Shown one piece after another: positions 1 to 12,370 of a stretch of DNA of 64,000 nt. Made by a program: the position numbers and the translations under genes. Below the pieces are notes generated by a model, which had not been told where the DNA came from, did not search any database, and worked only from the letters and a program-made list of their open reading frames with translations. Numbering within the stretch: position 1 is the stretch's first letter; each line of letters opens with the position of its first letter. Source of the DNA: Octopus bimaculoides (Eukaryota); NCBI RefSeq assembly GCF_001194135.2, contig NC_068990.1, forward strand, positions 24,957,959 through 25,021,958, given 5' to 3'.

Positions 1-38
<38 letters not shown>
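1..38. repeat. (TA)n microsatellite
   Basis: Perfect dinucleotide run at the window start. Many other (TA)n, (CA)n and (AAT)n runs occur, e.g. 606-662, 13435-13540, 17320-17485, 19140-19200, 52540-52785. Confidence 0.99.
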
Positions 39-40
<2 letters not shown>

Positions 41-187
41 ACAGATAAAGCTGGTCTATGGAATTACCCTGGGTTTCACATTTATAAAGCGCTTATATAT
101 ATATGGTTGGATGGATGTATATATGTATGTACGTACGTATCTGTGTATGTAAAGTATATATTCCTATATGTTAGCCCATTGCAAAAG

Positions 188-366
188 TCAAAATCTTCTT
201 GACTCTGATGTTGTTTCCTCCAGTTTCTCTGCAACTCTCTTCAGCAAGTTGACTGCCTTCAATACCGCACATTCTATGGCTAGTTTAGGGTTCAACCCTT
301 CACAAGTTGCACTCAGTCCAGTCGCTTTCTCAGTAGCTGTAGCCGTACATTGGGCTGGCCAAACAA
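188..366 (-). CDS. Paralogous terminal exon 3b (VWPAQCTATATEKATGLSATCEGLNPKLAIECAVLKAVNLLKRVAEKLEETTSESRRF*)
   Basis: tttttactctcttcctag acceptor, phase 1; same C-x14-C-x10-C spacing as 5929-6092; 15 of 53 ungapped identities by hand; TGA at 188-190. Absent from the ORF track. Confidence 0.75.
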
Positions 367-622
367 CTAGGAAGAGAGTAAAAATGGTCAGGTCATTTCC
401 TTGCTAGTGTTCATGCTTTATAATTTAGCCAACATTCATGTATCGCTTGTTTTGGAGAGAGTGTTGGCATAGGAGAGTAATGTATGATGGGTGATGTGAA
501 TGTATGTGTATGTCCCTAAGTAATTTTAGATAAAAAGTCTGCTTCAGCGATTTGCATCTCACCCATGTAAGCATGGGAAAGAGGATATTAAAACAATGAT
601 ATATACACACACACGCACACAT

Positions 623-666
<44 letters not shown>

Positions 667-884
667 GGTGCGGTAGGTAAATTGTCACCATTTTATATTT
701 TTAATTTCGCACATGCACATTGTTTGCTTTTGATTTTGTTAACTGCACAGTATAGTTGGGTCAGTTAGGCACTGTCTGTGAGAAAAACAGCACCATGATG
801 CAATTTACTCTGCCAAAAATTTGGAAACAACATGCTGTACTGCTTGGCATTCATGCCAGAAGCTCCAATACAAACAGAGGGTAA

Positions 885-1228
885 ACATACACAGAACAAC
901 AGGTGGCTTGCCATGCTTCCAAAATGTGTACCAAGAGTGATAAAAATCAAACATCTAGTCAACATCATGGTGTTTAGTGTGATCACTAGTGGTGGGGACA
1001 TTATGCCTCCATTCATCTTTCCACACAGCCTCAGCCTTAACATAGAGGTCTACATCAAGTGCCTGGACAAGGTAGTGCTGCCTTGGGTCAAGAAGGTGGC
1101 TGCTGGAAGACCCTATGTCTGGCAACAGGACTCTGCACCATGCCACACAAGCAGGAGAACCCAGTCATGGCTGTCAAACAATTTCTGTAACCACATCACT
1201 CCAAACATCTAGCCACCTAACTCCCCAC
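885..1228 (+). mobile_element. Tc1/mariner maT (DD37D)-type transposase fragment, interrupted by an RTE tail
   Basis: HTQNNRWLA..IMVFSVITSGGDIMPPFIF..VWQQDSAPCHTS..NI*PPNSP; same family as 54745-55300. Confidence 0.85.
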
Positions 1229-1401
1229 ACTCTTGGAGTGGTTGGCGTTAGGAAGGGCATCCAGCTGTAGAAACTCTGCCAGATCAGATTGGAGCCTGGT
1301 GCAGCCTTCTGGCTTGCCAGTCCTCAGTCAAATCGTCCAACCCATGCTAGCATGGAAAGCGGACGTTAAACGATGATGATGATAATGATGATGATGATGA
1401 T
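1228..1401 (+). mobile_element. RTE-type LINE 3' tail with (GAT)n end
   Basis: Same sequence that directly follows the RTE RT ORF at 55680-56660. Further copies at about 17100-17220(-), 18770-19135(+), 19810-19990(-), 26575-27022(+), 42420-42560(+), 46900-47150(+), 55350-55570(+). Confidence 0.8.
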
Positions 1402-1407
1402 GTATAT

Positions 1408-2500
1408 ATCAACAGGTTTGCCTTGGGAACTAGGATGGGCCGCAATTATGCAAACCTCTTTGTAGCCTGCATTGAAAAGCAAATCTTCACCCAATTCACA
1501 AAACCCATTACAGAGCTTACAGTCATTACTTTGGCAGCTGTATCAGCACTACCACCCTCACTAGACAACAGCTTGAGAGTTTTATTTTGTTGATTAACTC
1601 TTTTCGTCCTAACTTGGAATTTCCCTCTACTGTATCCAATTCTTCTGTTAGTATTCTAAAAACCTCCATCGCTATAAACAATATTTACTTGTCTACCTCC
1701 ATCCTCTGCAAGTCTATTAACTCCCACTCTTGTCTCCACTACTCTTCTTCTTACCCCAAACACTCTAAATCTGTCATACCATTCTCTCAATTCCTGTGCT
1801 CTATCTGGCTCTGCAGTATTGATTTGGATTTTGAATCTCAATGTAAAAGAATGTGACCTTTCTTACTGAATTAAATGTATCCTCAATCAATTGTTAGTCC
1901 TGCACAACCACACTACTGCTTTCTTATCCTAGTTAAGTACACCATTAGATTTTATTCCATACTCTCTAATCTTTTATCCATTTGCCTTCTGTTGAAAGAT
2001 AAACTCTTCCACAACTTCCAAATTCTACTTACTGAACCCAAACCACTTCAATCCTTCCTGTACCATCTCTCCTTGCCTTCAAAAAGGATTAGAATCTCAG
2101 AAACCTCCTTAGAAGCTCCACAGCACCCTGGCCCTCACAACCAGGCACTTTTAACGACACCGCTAATGCAAAACCTGCCCTTATATTAGCAATGCTACAA
2201 CCATCACTGGGCCTGAGTCATAATATCACATTACTCAGAATTTCTGTTGTACATTGTATGATCTTATATGTCGTACCATATGCAAACTATGCAGCACTCT
2301 GGGAAAACATGCAGACAACTTGCCAACCTCTTTCAGAAGCACATGTTATGTATGCCAGGTCAACTAGTCACCATCTACTTCAATACAACAGGCCATTCCA
2401 TTTTTGCACACCATCAATCGACATACTCAAGGAAACAGTGGAAACAAACTTTCGTATTTGAACTTAGTACTACCACATTAACAAGTCTAAATGAATGTTT
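1408..2500 (+). mobile_element. Penelope-like retroelement fragment (RT C-terminus and decayed GIY-YIG region)
   Basis: ALGTRMGRNYANLFVACIEKQIF; LSTSILCKSINSHSCLHYSSSYPKHSKSVIPFSQF; KTVETNFVFELSTTTLTSLNECF; multiple frameshifts. Confidence 0.85.
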
Positions 2501-2869
2501 TCCCCTACACCTCCTCTTATTTTAGTAATTCCTTTCTTATCCATCAACTGCCTTCTCACTTCATTCCTGCTTATGTCTGCTTTTCCACCTCATTCCTTTC
2601 TTTTCCCTTCTATCTTGCTCCCCTAGTTTCTCTCTCCTATTATTTCTTGTCTATGTGTGAAGCCCCTGTGGTCCTGTGTTCCTTATCAGTTGCAGCCAAT
2701 TTTTTTAACTTAGAGGATGTAAAACTTATGAATTAAAAGCATCTCAGTAATGTAATCATTATGGCTCGCACATACATAGTGTCTGTTTTGTTTATTCACC
2801 GAATTTGCAGTGGGATCACATCCATAATGCCGAGTATCAAAGAGCACCTGAATGTCACCATTATATATA

Positions 2870-3060
2870 GGGAAGAAACGTTAGCCCATTGGGCGAAATG
2901 CTCAGAGGTATTTCGTCTGTCTTTACATTTTGAGTTCAAATTCTGCCTCTCACCCTTTCGGGGTCAATAAATTAAGTACCAGTTGCGTACTGGGGTCAAT
3001 CTAATCGACTGGGCCCCTCTCCCAAAATTTCGGGTCTTGTGCCTTGAGTAGAAAAGATTA
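2870..3060 (+). mobile_element. tRNA-derived SINE with central domain cctttcatcctttcggggtcgataaa.taagtaccag
   Basis: GAGTTCAAATT B-box and a shared central domain. Related copies at about 6410-6540(-), 7225-7420(+), 17490-17670(+), 17960-18170(+), 20750-21080(+), 29580-29790(-), 38690-38900(-), 42720-42895(-), 51200-52230(-), 53940-54060(+), 58180-58390(+). Confidence 0.8.
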
Positions 3061-3564
3061 TATATGTGATATGTTGAGTTACTTTCCTTTATTTGTAAGA
3101 GTACTTGTTACTTATTCAACTGATCATATTTCAATAAAGCAGTCATTGCCAATCATTTCAGCAGGAATGGCCACTTGATTAATAAGTCTCATGTAAAATT
3201 GCCTTTTATTTTTATCTATTTTATCTCTGTTGTTGTAACATGACTTAATGTGGTTCTCATTGACAACCATATAAGCTGAACCGGTAAGAGTTATCCATCT
3301 TGGTCTAGGTTGGTGTCCTGTTCACAGAATGCAGTTGTTTGTCAACCTCAGTCACGCATCCACATTTAATTTTCCCTTTTTAGCCATAAATCATTCAAAA
3401 TAACAATACTATAACCAACTCTAAAAACCGGGCTTGCATTACTTCAAAAATCTATTCCTTTAATAAGCCACCAGAGGGAGCCTTACATCAATGGTTGTCA
3501 ATAAGGGTCCATTTCACTTTTCGGATTCACTTAAGATTTTGTTGTTTAAATTTATGTGCAATAA

Positions 3565-3897
3565 ATGGTTTAAGGAGCACTTCATCGGTTACGACGATGA
3601 GGGTCCCAGCTGGTACGATCAACGGAACAGCTTGCTTATAAAATTAACATGTAAGTGGTTGAGCATTCCACAGACACTTATAACCCTAACGTAGTTCTCA
3701 GGGAGATTCAGCCGTATACAGAGTGTGACAAAGCTGGTCCTTTGAGATACAGGTACTACTCATTTTTGCCAGCTGAGTAGACTGGAGCAACATGAAATAA
3801 AGTGTCTTGCTCAAGGACACAATGAGTTGCCAGGAATTGAACTCACAACCTTACAATTGTGAGTTGAATGCCCTAACCACTAAGCCACGCACCTTCG
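3565..3897 (-). mobile_element. tRNA-derived SINE (second family)
   Basis: tRNA-like head at the 3897 end; its ccagctgagt.gactggagcaac core is shared with 17685-17930(-) and its 3' tail with 12816-13190(+). Confidence 0.7.
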
Positions 3898-5928
3898 CAA
3901 TAAATGATTATAAGTCTACAAAACATTTAATATTTCAGTAATTTTTTTTTTATACAATTCCTAATAATATTTAATTATAAAGATATAATGGGACTTTTTC
4001 AAAACATTGAAAGACTATAGGGGTCCAGAAGAACAAAATAGGAATCAAAGGGATCCATAGATAAAAAAGGGTTGAGAACCTATGCTCTGCATTGTCTCTA
4101 GACCTGCTAGATATAGCAGCCAAATATTCTTCAAATCACACCATGTTGTCTTCATAAAAGGACACATTTGATGATATAGTCCAAGGTACATCATGCGTGT
4201 GTGTGTGTGTGTGTGTGTGGAACAGTTACATCTGGAATGTGGTTTGATCATAAGTTGATTGAATCTAAACAACAACAACAACAACAACAACAGTTGCCTT
4301 AACAACTCTGTGACTCTGTATAACTCTATAGCAGAAGACACCAAACTTTTTCATGGCAGGCCAGATATCTAAAAGAATGACATTCATGGGCCACATAACC
4401 ACTTTGTTCACTACAATACAGTGAATACACAAAAAATAAAGACAACCAACATATTCATTTACCAGAAAGTTATCAAAGAAGGCNNNNNNNNNNNNNNNNN
4501 NNNNNNNNNNNNNNNNNNNNNNNNNNNNNNNNNNNNNNNNNNNNNNNNNNNNNNNNNNNNNNNNNNNNNNNNNNNNNNNNNNNNNNNNNNNNNNNNNNNN
4601 NNNNNNNNNNNNNNNNNNNNNNNNNNNNNNNNNNNNNNNNNNNNNNNNNNNNNNNNNNNNNNNNNNNNNNNNNNNNNNNNNNNNNNNNNNNNNNNNNNNN
4701 NNNNNNNNNNNNNNNNNNNNNNNNNNNNNNNNNNNNNNNNNNNNNNNNNNNNNNNNNNNNNNNNNNNNNNNNNNNNNNNNNNNNNNNNNNNNNNNNNNNN
4801 NNNNNNNNNNNNNNNNNNNNNNNNNNNNNNNNNNNNNNNNNNNNNNNNNNNNNNNNNNNNNNNNNNNNNNNNNNNNNNNNNNNNNNNNNNNNNNNNNNNN
4901 NNNNNNNNNNNNNNNNNNNNNNNNNNNNNNNNNNNNNNNNNNNNNNNNNNNNNNNNNNNNNNNNNNNNNNNNNNNNNNNNNNNNNNNNNNNNNNNNNNNN
5001 NNNNNNNNNNNNNNNNNNNNNNNNNNNNNNNNNNNNNNNNNNNNNNNNNNNNNNNNNNNNNNNNNNNNNNNNNNNNNNNNNNNNNNNNNNNNNNNNNNNN
5101 NNNNNNNNNNNNNNNNNNNNNNNNNNNNNNNNNNNNNNNNNNNNNNNNNNNNNNNNNNNNNNNNNNNNNNNNNNNNNNNNNNNNNNNNNNNNNNNNNNNN
5201 NNNNNNNNNNNNNNNNNNNNNNNNNNNNNNNNNNNNTTGGTGACCCCTACTCTATAGCAATAAACTAGATGAGAGAAAAATCTAACACTGCTGGATAAAA
5301 GAGCATTCTGTGACTTTCCTAGAAAACTGGTTTTTACAGGTAAAACTAGGTTAATACAGATTTAATTGTCTCACCTACAATATATATATATATTTGAAAA
5401 CCCTACAAGAATAGGTGCAAGCGCTAATATTTATAAAACATGTGACATATTAATAAAAATCTGTAAATGTACAACCATCCAGATATCTGAGTACCTTATT
5501 ATTTTTTCTAATATATATATTTATCTCTGTGTGTGTTTGTGTTTTGATAACTGGTGTTGGTTTGTTTACATCCCTGTAGCTTAGTAGTTTGGCAAAAGAG
5601 ACTGATAGAATAAGTACCAGGTTTTAAAAAATAGTTTTGGGGTCAATTCATTCAACTAAAATTCTTCAAGGCAGTGCCTCAGAATGGCCACATTCTAATG
5701 ACTGAAACACGTAAACGATAAAAGGTAAGCAATCCTACAACTGCTCTTTTTTAGAGTTCAAAATTATTTGTTGATTTTCTAATAGTAATCCTATTTTCCA
5801 CTGTCTCACACTGTCCCCTTTCTTTCTGACTAACCCCTAATACTGTAAGAATCAAGAACCACCAACTTGAATTCGTAAATTACAATGAAAAATGAAAAAC
5901 AAACAAGTTTCTTAGAAGTCAAAGTGTT

Positions 5929-6092
5929 TTAGTTTTCTTTGTTTTTAAGTGTTATAGACAAAAGTCTGATTAGATTCATGACTTCTTCCATGGCACATGA
6001 GATGGCTTCCTTCTGGGTCCCCTTTGTGCAGGTGCTGGTAAGCTTGCTCTCATTCTCGGTGACAACCGCCTTGCACTTAAATAGATCAGGCA
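5929..6092 (-). CDS. Uncharacterised secreted protein, terminal exon 3a (PDLFKCKAVVTENESKLTSTCTKGTQKEAISCAMEEVMNLIRLLSITLKNKEN*)
   Basis: Strong polypyrimidine acceptor (ttctttttatcctctatctctccag), phase 1, open to TAA; supported by the paralogous exon at 188-366. Confidence 0.8.
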
Positions 6093-6603
6093 CTGGAGAG
6101 ATAGAGGATAAAAAGAAATGGCAACAATAAGCAGTGATTCTATTCATCAGACAATAAGGGTGGGACATATCTAGTCTCAAGTGGCCCACTCCTCAAATAA
6201 GGTTGTCCATCCCTGCTTTAGACAGTAGACTAGCACCTTATTAACTAATCCAGCTGCCACCATCATGGGTTAGAGCATTAACACATCGATAATCTGATCT
6301 GAAAAGGTGTAATTTATGAAAGAAAAGAAAGAGTCAAACATTGAACTAAGTGGCCATGCAACGTACACTACCTTGAAAGGTACAGTCGACTATATTGACC
6401 CCTACCAATTGTAGACTGCCCCTTATTTCTATGACCTCAAATAAATGAAAGGCAAAGTTAACCTAGCTGGAATTTGAACACAGAATGTAATGGGATGTAG
6501 CTAAATAGCATAAATTATTTTTGTCCAATAATTTACCAATTCCACTACCCACTGCTACCTTATTTTAAGATTTACTCTTCCTTCTTTTGTATCTATTATT
6601 ATT

Positions 6604-7140
6604 GCTATTGACTAGTTTCACTTTTATTGTGGTTCTCTGCAGTACACTTGAGTACAGCTTTGTGTGCCTTGGCTTTGTGCAGTGCATTGTTTGGTTTTGT
6701 TGGCTCTCTTGTATTCAGTAGTGCTATCTTCAGTATGCTGTATATATTTGTAAGTCCTAGCGTTTTTGGTTATGTATTAGTCTGCATGTTTTTCTTTGTT
6801 TATCAGTTCCAAACCACCTCTTATTATTATTAGGATTGTTACTCTTTTTTCATTTCTCTGAGTGATATATTATCATCTGTTGAGATTGGTACATTGATTA
6901 GGAGTCAATTCTTACCCAGTTTTCTTTGATAGCAATATCTGATGAATTATCATTAACCTCTCTGTCTGTGTATATTGGCATATTTCAGAGTATGGTTACT
7001 TTGTAATTCTTTAAAACCTTTTCTGGTGTATACCTACACCACCTCTGTCCTGTTGGTATTCATATTACTAGCACAACTTCCACTGGATATAAGCTTCTAA
7101 CTCTTTCATGTCTCTAGAAATATTCTTTATTGGCTAAAAC
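6604..7140 (-). mobile_element. R4/Dong-like non-LTR retrotransposon 3' fragment (restriction-like endonuclease)
   Basis: Decayed YEHQ..ENYK.ILW..IHTDR..PDIVIK..LLINVPISTDDNISLREMKK and KHADKYITKTLGLTNIYSILKIALL pieces in shifting frames. Confidence 0.6.
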
Positions 7141-7989
7141 TGAGCAATTTGAGACAATGTGGTTGTTTCTTTGTCATTGTTGTCATTGTTGTTATTATTA
7201 TTATTATTATTATTGAGCTAGCAAAACCGTTAGTATGTTGGACATTATTTCTCCATCTTCATGTTCTGAGTTCAAATTTCGCTGAGGTCCGCTTTGCCTT
7301 TTATCCTTTCCAGGGCAGTAAAATAATCAGTACCAGTCAAGTACTGAGGTCCATATAATCAACTCCCTCCCCCCTCAAAACACTGTTGGCTCTATACCAA
7401 CATTTAAAACCAATATTATTATCATTATTTATATCATCATTTTTGTCAACATCAGTATCATTATTATTGTTGTTATTATTATGTACCCATCTACCTACTT
7501 ACCTACCTACCTATCCACCAATCTAAATATCAATCAATCAATCAACATTCTATGTGGCACAGTGGCCAAGTGGGTAAGGTACTACAGTCCAGACACACGG
7601 GACAGCAGTTTGTAACTAAGTGCAGACAAATCATTTCCTCATGTGATAAGTCACTTGGTTTGACTTGGTCTATCTCTGGGGTCAGCATTAAACACATCAT
7701 ACTAACTCAATTGACATTGACCAAAACCAATAATGAGAATCCTGGTACCTGTGAAAGCCTGAAGCCTTATAACAACTTTTGCCATGGTATCTGTAATTTT
7801 TAAGTGTTAAAAATGATAATTTTTGCAACAAACCAGTGAACAAACAGAAATGTATATTAATTAAAATTAATAGTTATAAGCAACACAAGCAATGATTTCA
7901 TTTTCCCCCCTTAGAACGAATCATAAAACCAATGTTAAAAAAGTGCAAAATACTTATTTTATACATACATACATACATACATACATGAT

Positions 7990-8675
7990 GGCCGTCAACT
8001 TGTGACTGAGGAAGTCCATTGCTGACCTTCAGGAACATTGTGCACTCTAGGACTTATATCTTGCATTTACGGCTCCGTTGGTGGCTAATGAGCCCTGCTC
8101 TTGACAAGCATACACGACTGCAAACATTGCAAACCAAGCTTTTCCCATTCACTACACCAGCAGTGCGCTTTCGAGCAGCATGCTTAAGTTCTTCATGCAG
8201 AATACGTGCTCTCTCAAAGGTGTTGACCCCCTCCTTAACCTGCTTCCTCCATCTGTAGTGATGACAGGCATTGTTCTGCCAGTCAGTGTCCTGCATATCA
8301 CAGGCCTTTAATGAGGACTTGACACAGTCCTTAAATCACAGCCTTGGTTTCTGCCAGGGTCTTTTTCTATTCACAAGTTCCCCATATAGCATCTGCATAG
8401 GGATCCTGCTCTCCTTCATTCTAATAAGGTGTTCAGTCCAACATAACTGGTACTTGTGCACCATCGCCTCAATACTCAAGATATCAGCTGTCCTCAGAAC
8501 CTATGTGTCTGGAGATTTTAAGGTCAGGCCAACGTTCAGAATGTGTCTGAGACATTTCTGATAAATGCATTCAAGGATCCTTGCATGACGTTTGTAAAGG
8601 GTCCATGTCTCATATGAGTAAAGGAGCGATGTCAGTACACATGCATGGTACACAGAAATTTTTGTTTGTTTTGGG
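7990..8675 (-). mobile_element. RTE (Bov-B-like) LINE 3' fragment
   Basis: TKISVYHACVLTSLLYSYETWTLY..QKCLRHIL and a C-terminal C2H2-like knuckle VCNVCSRVCLSRAGLISHQRS. Confidence 0.9.
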
Positions 8676-8792
8676 ATGCTATGCATACATACATACATAC
8701 ATGCATGCATGCATACATGCACACATGCATGCTAATATCAGATAGTGAGAATGAGTGCTCAACACCACTTTGGTGGATAAATATCCTTCAAT

Positions 8793-8952
8793 TGTGGGTT
8801 AACAAGGCTACCGATGGTTTCATGTTAAGAGAAATCTCTTAAGAATTCTCCTCCAAAATGGAGATGAGAACCAATGTTCCCATGTGACTCACTTGATAAT
8901 TGCTAACAGATTCCTCATTACATGAAACCACCGGTAGCCTTGTTAACCCACA
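8793..8952. mobile_element. 160-bp MITE with about 45-bp terminal inverted repeats, flanked by AAT
   Basis: TGTGGGTTAACAAGGCTACCG(A/G)TGGTTTCATGT has 1 mismatch in 33 nt between arms; AAT at 8790-8792 and 8953-8955. Confidence 0.85.
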
Positions 8953-11384
8953 AATAAAGTATACATATTATATATGTATTGAGTGTACATACATATATAC
9001 ATACACACATACACACATACACACATACACTATTTAATAACAGTCAAACTTGGCTCAATTCAACTTAAAGCTTTTAGGCTCATCAAATGAACCTATAGAG
9101 ACAGGTTAGTTCTATGAACCTCTGAAGCTTTGAGTTGAATGGAGCAGAGTCTGACTGTTGTTGTATAATATATGTAACTCCTACTAAATGTATTGAGTGC
9201 TGCTTTCTTTCATTTGATCACTCACTCACATATGCGTTTGTGTATACACACACACACACATACACACACACACTTTTGTATAGATACTTACATATAAATA
9301 TACATTGTGTCTGTGTGTGTGTGTATACACATACACATCGATGTACAACACACGCATACATGCATTTATATACACATCTATAGACATCTATGTTTACATA
9401 TACATACAGCAAACAAAACATCTTATATAATATCAGTTTATATATGTGTGTTTGTTTCAACAGTCATAAGCTAAAATAGAAACCAGAACTTGTTTGTAGT
9501 TTACTAGATGTTCTTGTTTATTGTTGTTAGCTGAATGCTCCAATTCATATCTATAACTCAGTATTTAGCCATGCTCTTGCTAATTTGTTTAAGTAGAAAC
9601 AACCAAACTGTATTTATCTGTATGGTGAATCATTGAAATTTATTTCTGTGTTTGGTAGGAAAATAAAAGATATACTTTTGTTCCTAAATATGAATGGTTG
9701 ATAAATAAATTAGGTCAAAAAGGCATAACTTTAAATCTGCTGACATAAATTTTTAGAAAAATAAAAAATGAGAAATATGAATATTTTTTACATAAAAACA
9801 GTATGTAAGGGGAGATGACTCTGATATAAATATGGTGATTTCCTGTTTGAGATTATTAAAAATATCAGTAATGAAGTTGTGTTATACTTCAATAGAAAAT
9901 ACTGATCATGTGAATTAGGTGAAAGCAATTCAGTTTCCTTTTTTTTTATGTTTTGAGTGGTGTAGAAGTATGAATAATTTGTCAAGTATGTACAGTGGAC
10001 AGATGGTGTCAGATAGTTGATGATTTAAAAAAAAAAGAGAGTTTGATAATGCTTCCACACCTCACAATAAAGCACTAAAAGCAAGTAGATTCAAAGGTAA
10101 TATGATATATACCCGATTCTCATCTGCCTTCTCTTTAAATGTCAAATCTAACATTGCTAAAAAATAAATAACTTTAAACTGAATTACAATATGATTGTAA
10201 ACCACCAATATAATCTCAGTTGCAACTGTTTCCCCAATATGAACATTGTAATAGTATACAAACAACTGAACTAAACTAAATTAGGAGCACACATAGAACT
10301 GCTCCTTAACCAGTTATGCAAAGCTGAAGTGATTATCTACGAGGCAGAAGTTGTCTCCACTAAATGAAATCAAAACATCATGTAAACACTATGTAGATAT
10401 GATGGAAGGTAAATTTCAACAAAGATATTTCAACTTTATTTCGTTTTTCAAGAAATGTAAAAAAGAGGAAAGTATCTAAACTATTGAATTATGTTTGATA
10501 TTTTAAAGAAAAACATGTTACTGTCTTCAAAATTAAATAGAAGATTTCTGATAGATGCAAACTATTTAGAAATTGTATAAAAAATTCTAAGTTATGTATA
10601 ACTGAAAAAAAAAACCTCTCATATTCTTTAATAAATCCACAGTCTGAGTGTCAGATGAAAGATCTTTACTAAATGCCAACAACTTGTTAAGTATCCACTG
10701 AAACTCTGGTCACTTGTACTACCACCTGCTTGAATAAATTAATACTCACCTGTTTACCAGCACTCACAATGTCTCTATTTCCCTTCTTTGTTGTGAACAC
10801 CATATCAGTCTCAACAATTTCTTCCCTTTGTACCACCATTCCCTACTAGTAACTCCATATTTTATATAAGGATACACTCATTGACTCCTTTATTATTTCA
10901 AATTATTAATTTCTCATGGCAGATTAAGGTTCTATTTTAAACCAATCCGTGTAAATCAACTCACTATTCACTATATGAATTACACTCATAGTATTTAAAA
11001 ACTCAAAAAAAAAACCCAATACAAACTAATTTATATATGTCACAGACATTTAAGTTCAAGTTTGGTCAATTATTGTTGATTTGTCTGATGATGGTGTAAA
11101 AACATACCTGAACATGAAACTCAGTCATTATCATTATTATCATCATTATTATCATTAATGAAATATAACATTTAACATATTTCATTTAATTATATGTACC
11201 AAATACTCTGATATTGTTTTGTAAAGAACCTATTATGTGGTCATGAAGCTTACTTTCCAACCTCAAGGCTTCAGGTTCAATCCCATTGTGTGGCATCTTG
11301 GGAAAGTGTCTTCTAATATAGCATCAGGCCAATCAAAGAGCCTAGTGAGTGGATTTATCATGTGGAAATACAAAGAAGCTCATT

Positions 11385-11419
<35 letters not shown>

Positions 11420-12167
11420 TGTGTGTTTGTGTTTATATGTGTATGTGTTTATGTCTTCTTGTCTTGACATCACATGATAGTTGTAAACAAGAATCACTGT
11501 CACACAAGCGGTATCATTTGTTTCCAATTTTCCATGAAAGGCATGTTCAGCCATGGAGAAATGTTACTTTGCTTGGGGACAGGTAAGGGCTGGCAAGAGG
11601 AAAGTCATCCAGCCATAGACAATATGCCTCAGTGAATTCCATCTGACTCAAACAATCATGAAAAAATGAATGCTAAAATGATGAGGAAACTTAATTCACA
11701 ACATTTATACCATGCTCGTGCAAGTGTATGGTTTAGTGATTAAGGTGTTGTACTCACAATCATAAGATTGTGGTTTCAATTCCCAGGCTAAGCAGTATAT
11801 TGGATTTTTGTGCAGGACTCTTAATTTCTCACTCTTCCAGTTCACTCAGTTGTAAATGAGTTCCAGCAATAGATAGGAAGTTAACCCTGTGATGGACTAT
11901 CATCCCATCCAGAGGAGAGAGAATGTTGGAATCTCAATCACTTATACAACATGGAAACCAAGTTAAGTTCCTGCTGGTCTTATGAGTTGGTGATAGACCA
12001 AAGTCTAAAAGAGTGGTAGTGACATAACCTTTGTAGTCCCACAGCCCACTCACATACATTGGTGAGACCGATATGATTGGTGCCATAAACCTAAACCAGA
12101 AATTTCTGAACAAGGAGAGAACTGAGAGTTTGGTCTGAATATTTGCAAGAGAATGGGCTCTGTTTAA

Positions 12168-12370
12168 CCTTTTAGCATTTAAACTGACACTATCTGGCTC
12201 AAATATTCTACCTGTTTTATGTTAACACTGACCAGATCTGGCCTCTCACACCTACCCTACAACATCATTCTAAAAGTTAAAAGAATCACATCACTGAAAT
12301 GCATGGTTCATACTAAACAATGTGAATAAATAAGCATTACATTTTAAAGAGTGATTTGAATGCTTAAAGG
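12168..12370. mobile_element. piggyBac-type MITE
   Basis: TTAA|CCTTTTAGCATT ... TGCTTAAAGG|CTAA; internal sequence matches 31202-31420. Confidence 0.7.

Noticed and set aside
2799-2848. Candidate middle exon for the paralogue ending at 188-366
   Set aside because: AG/GT-bounded and Cys-containing, but it ends in phase 0 or 2, not the phase 1 needed, and similarity to exon 2 is unconvincing.
4421-5257. Long ORFs spanning N-runs (also 35042-35650, 47813-48472, 59644-60453)
   Set aside because: Artefacts of translating assembly gaps.
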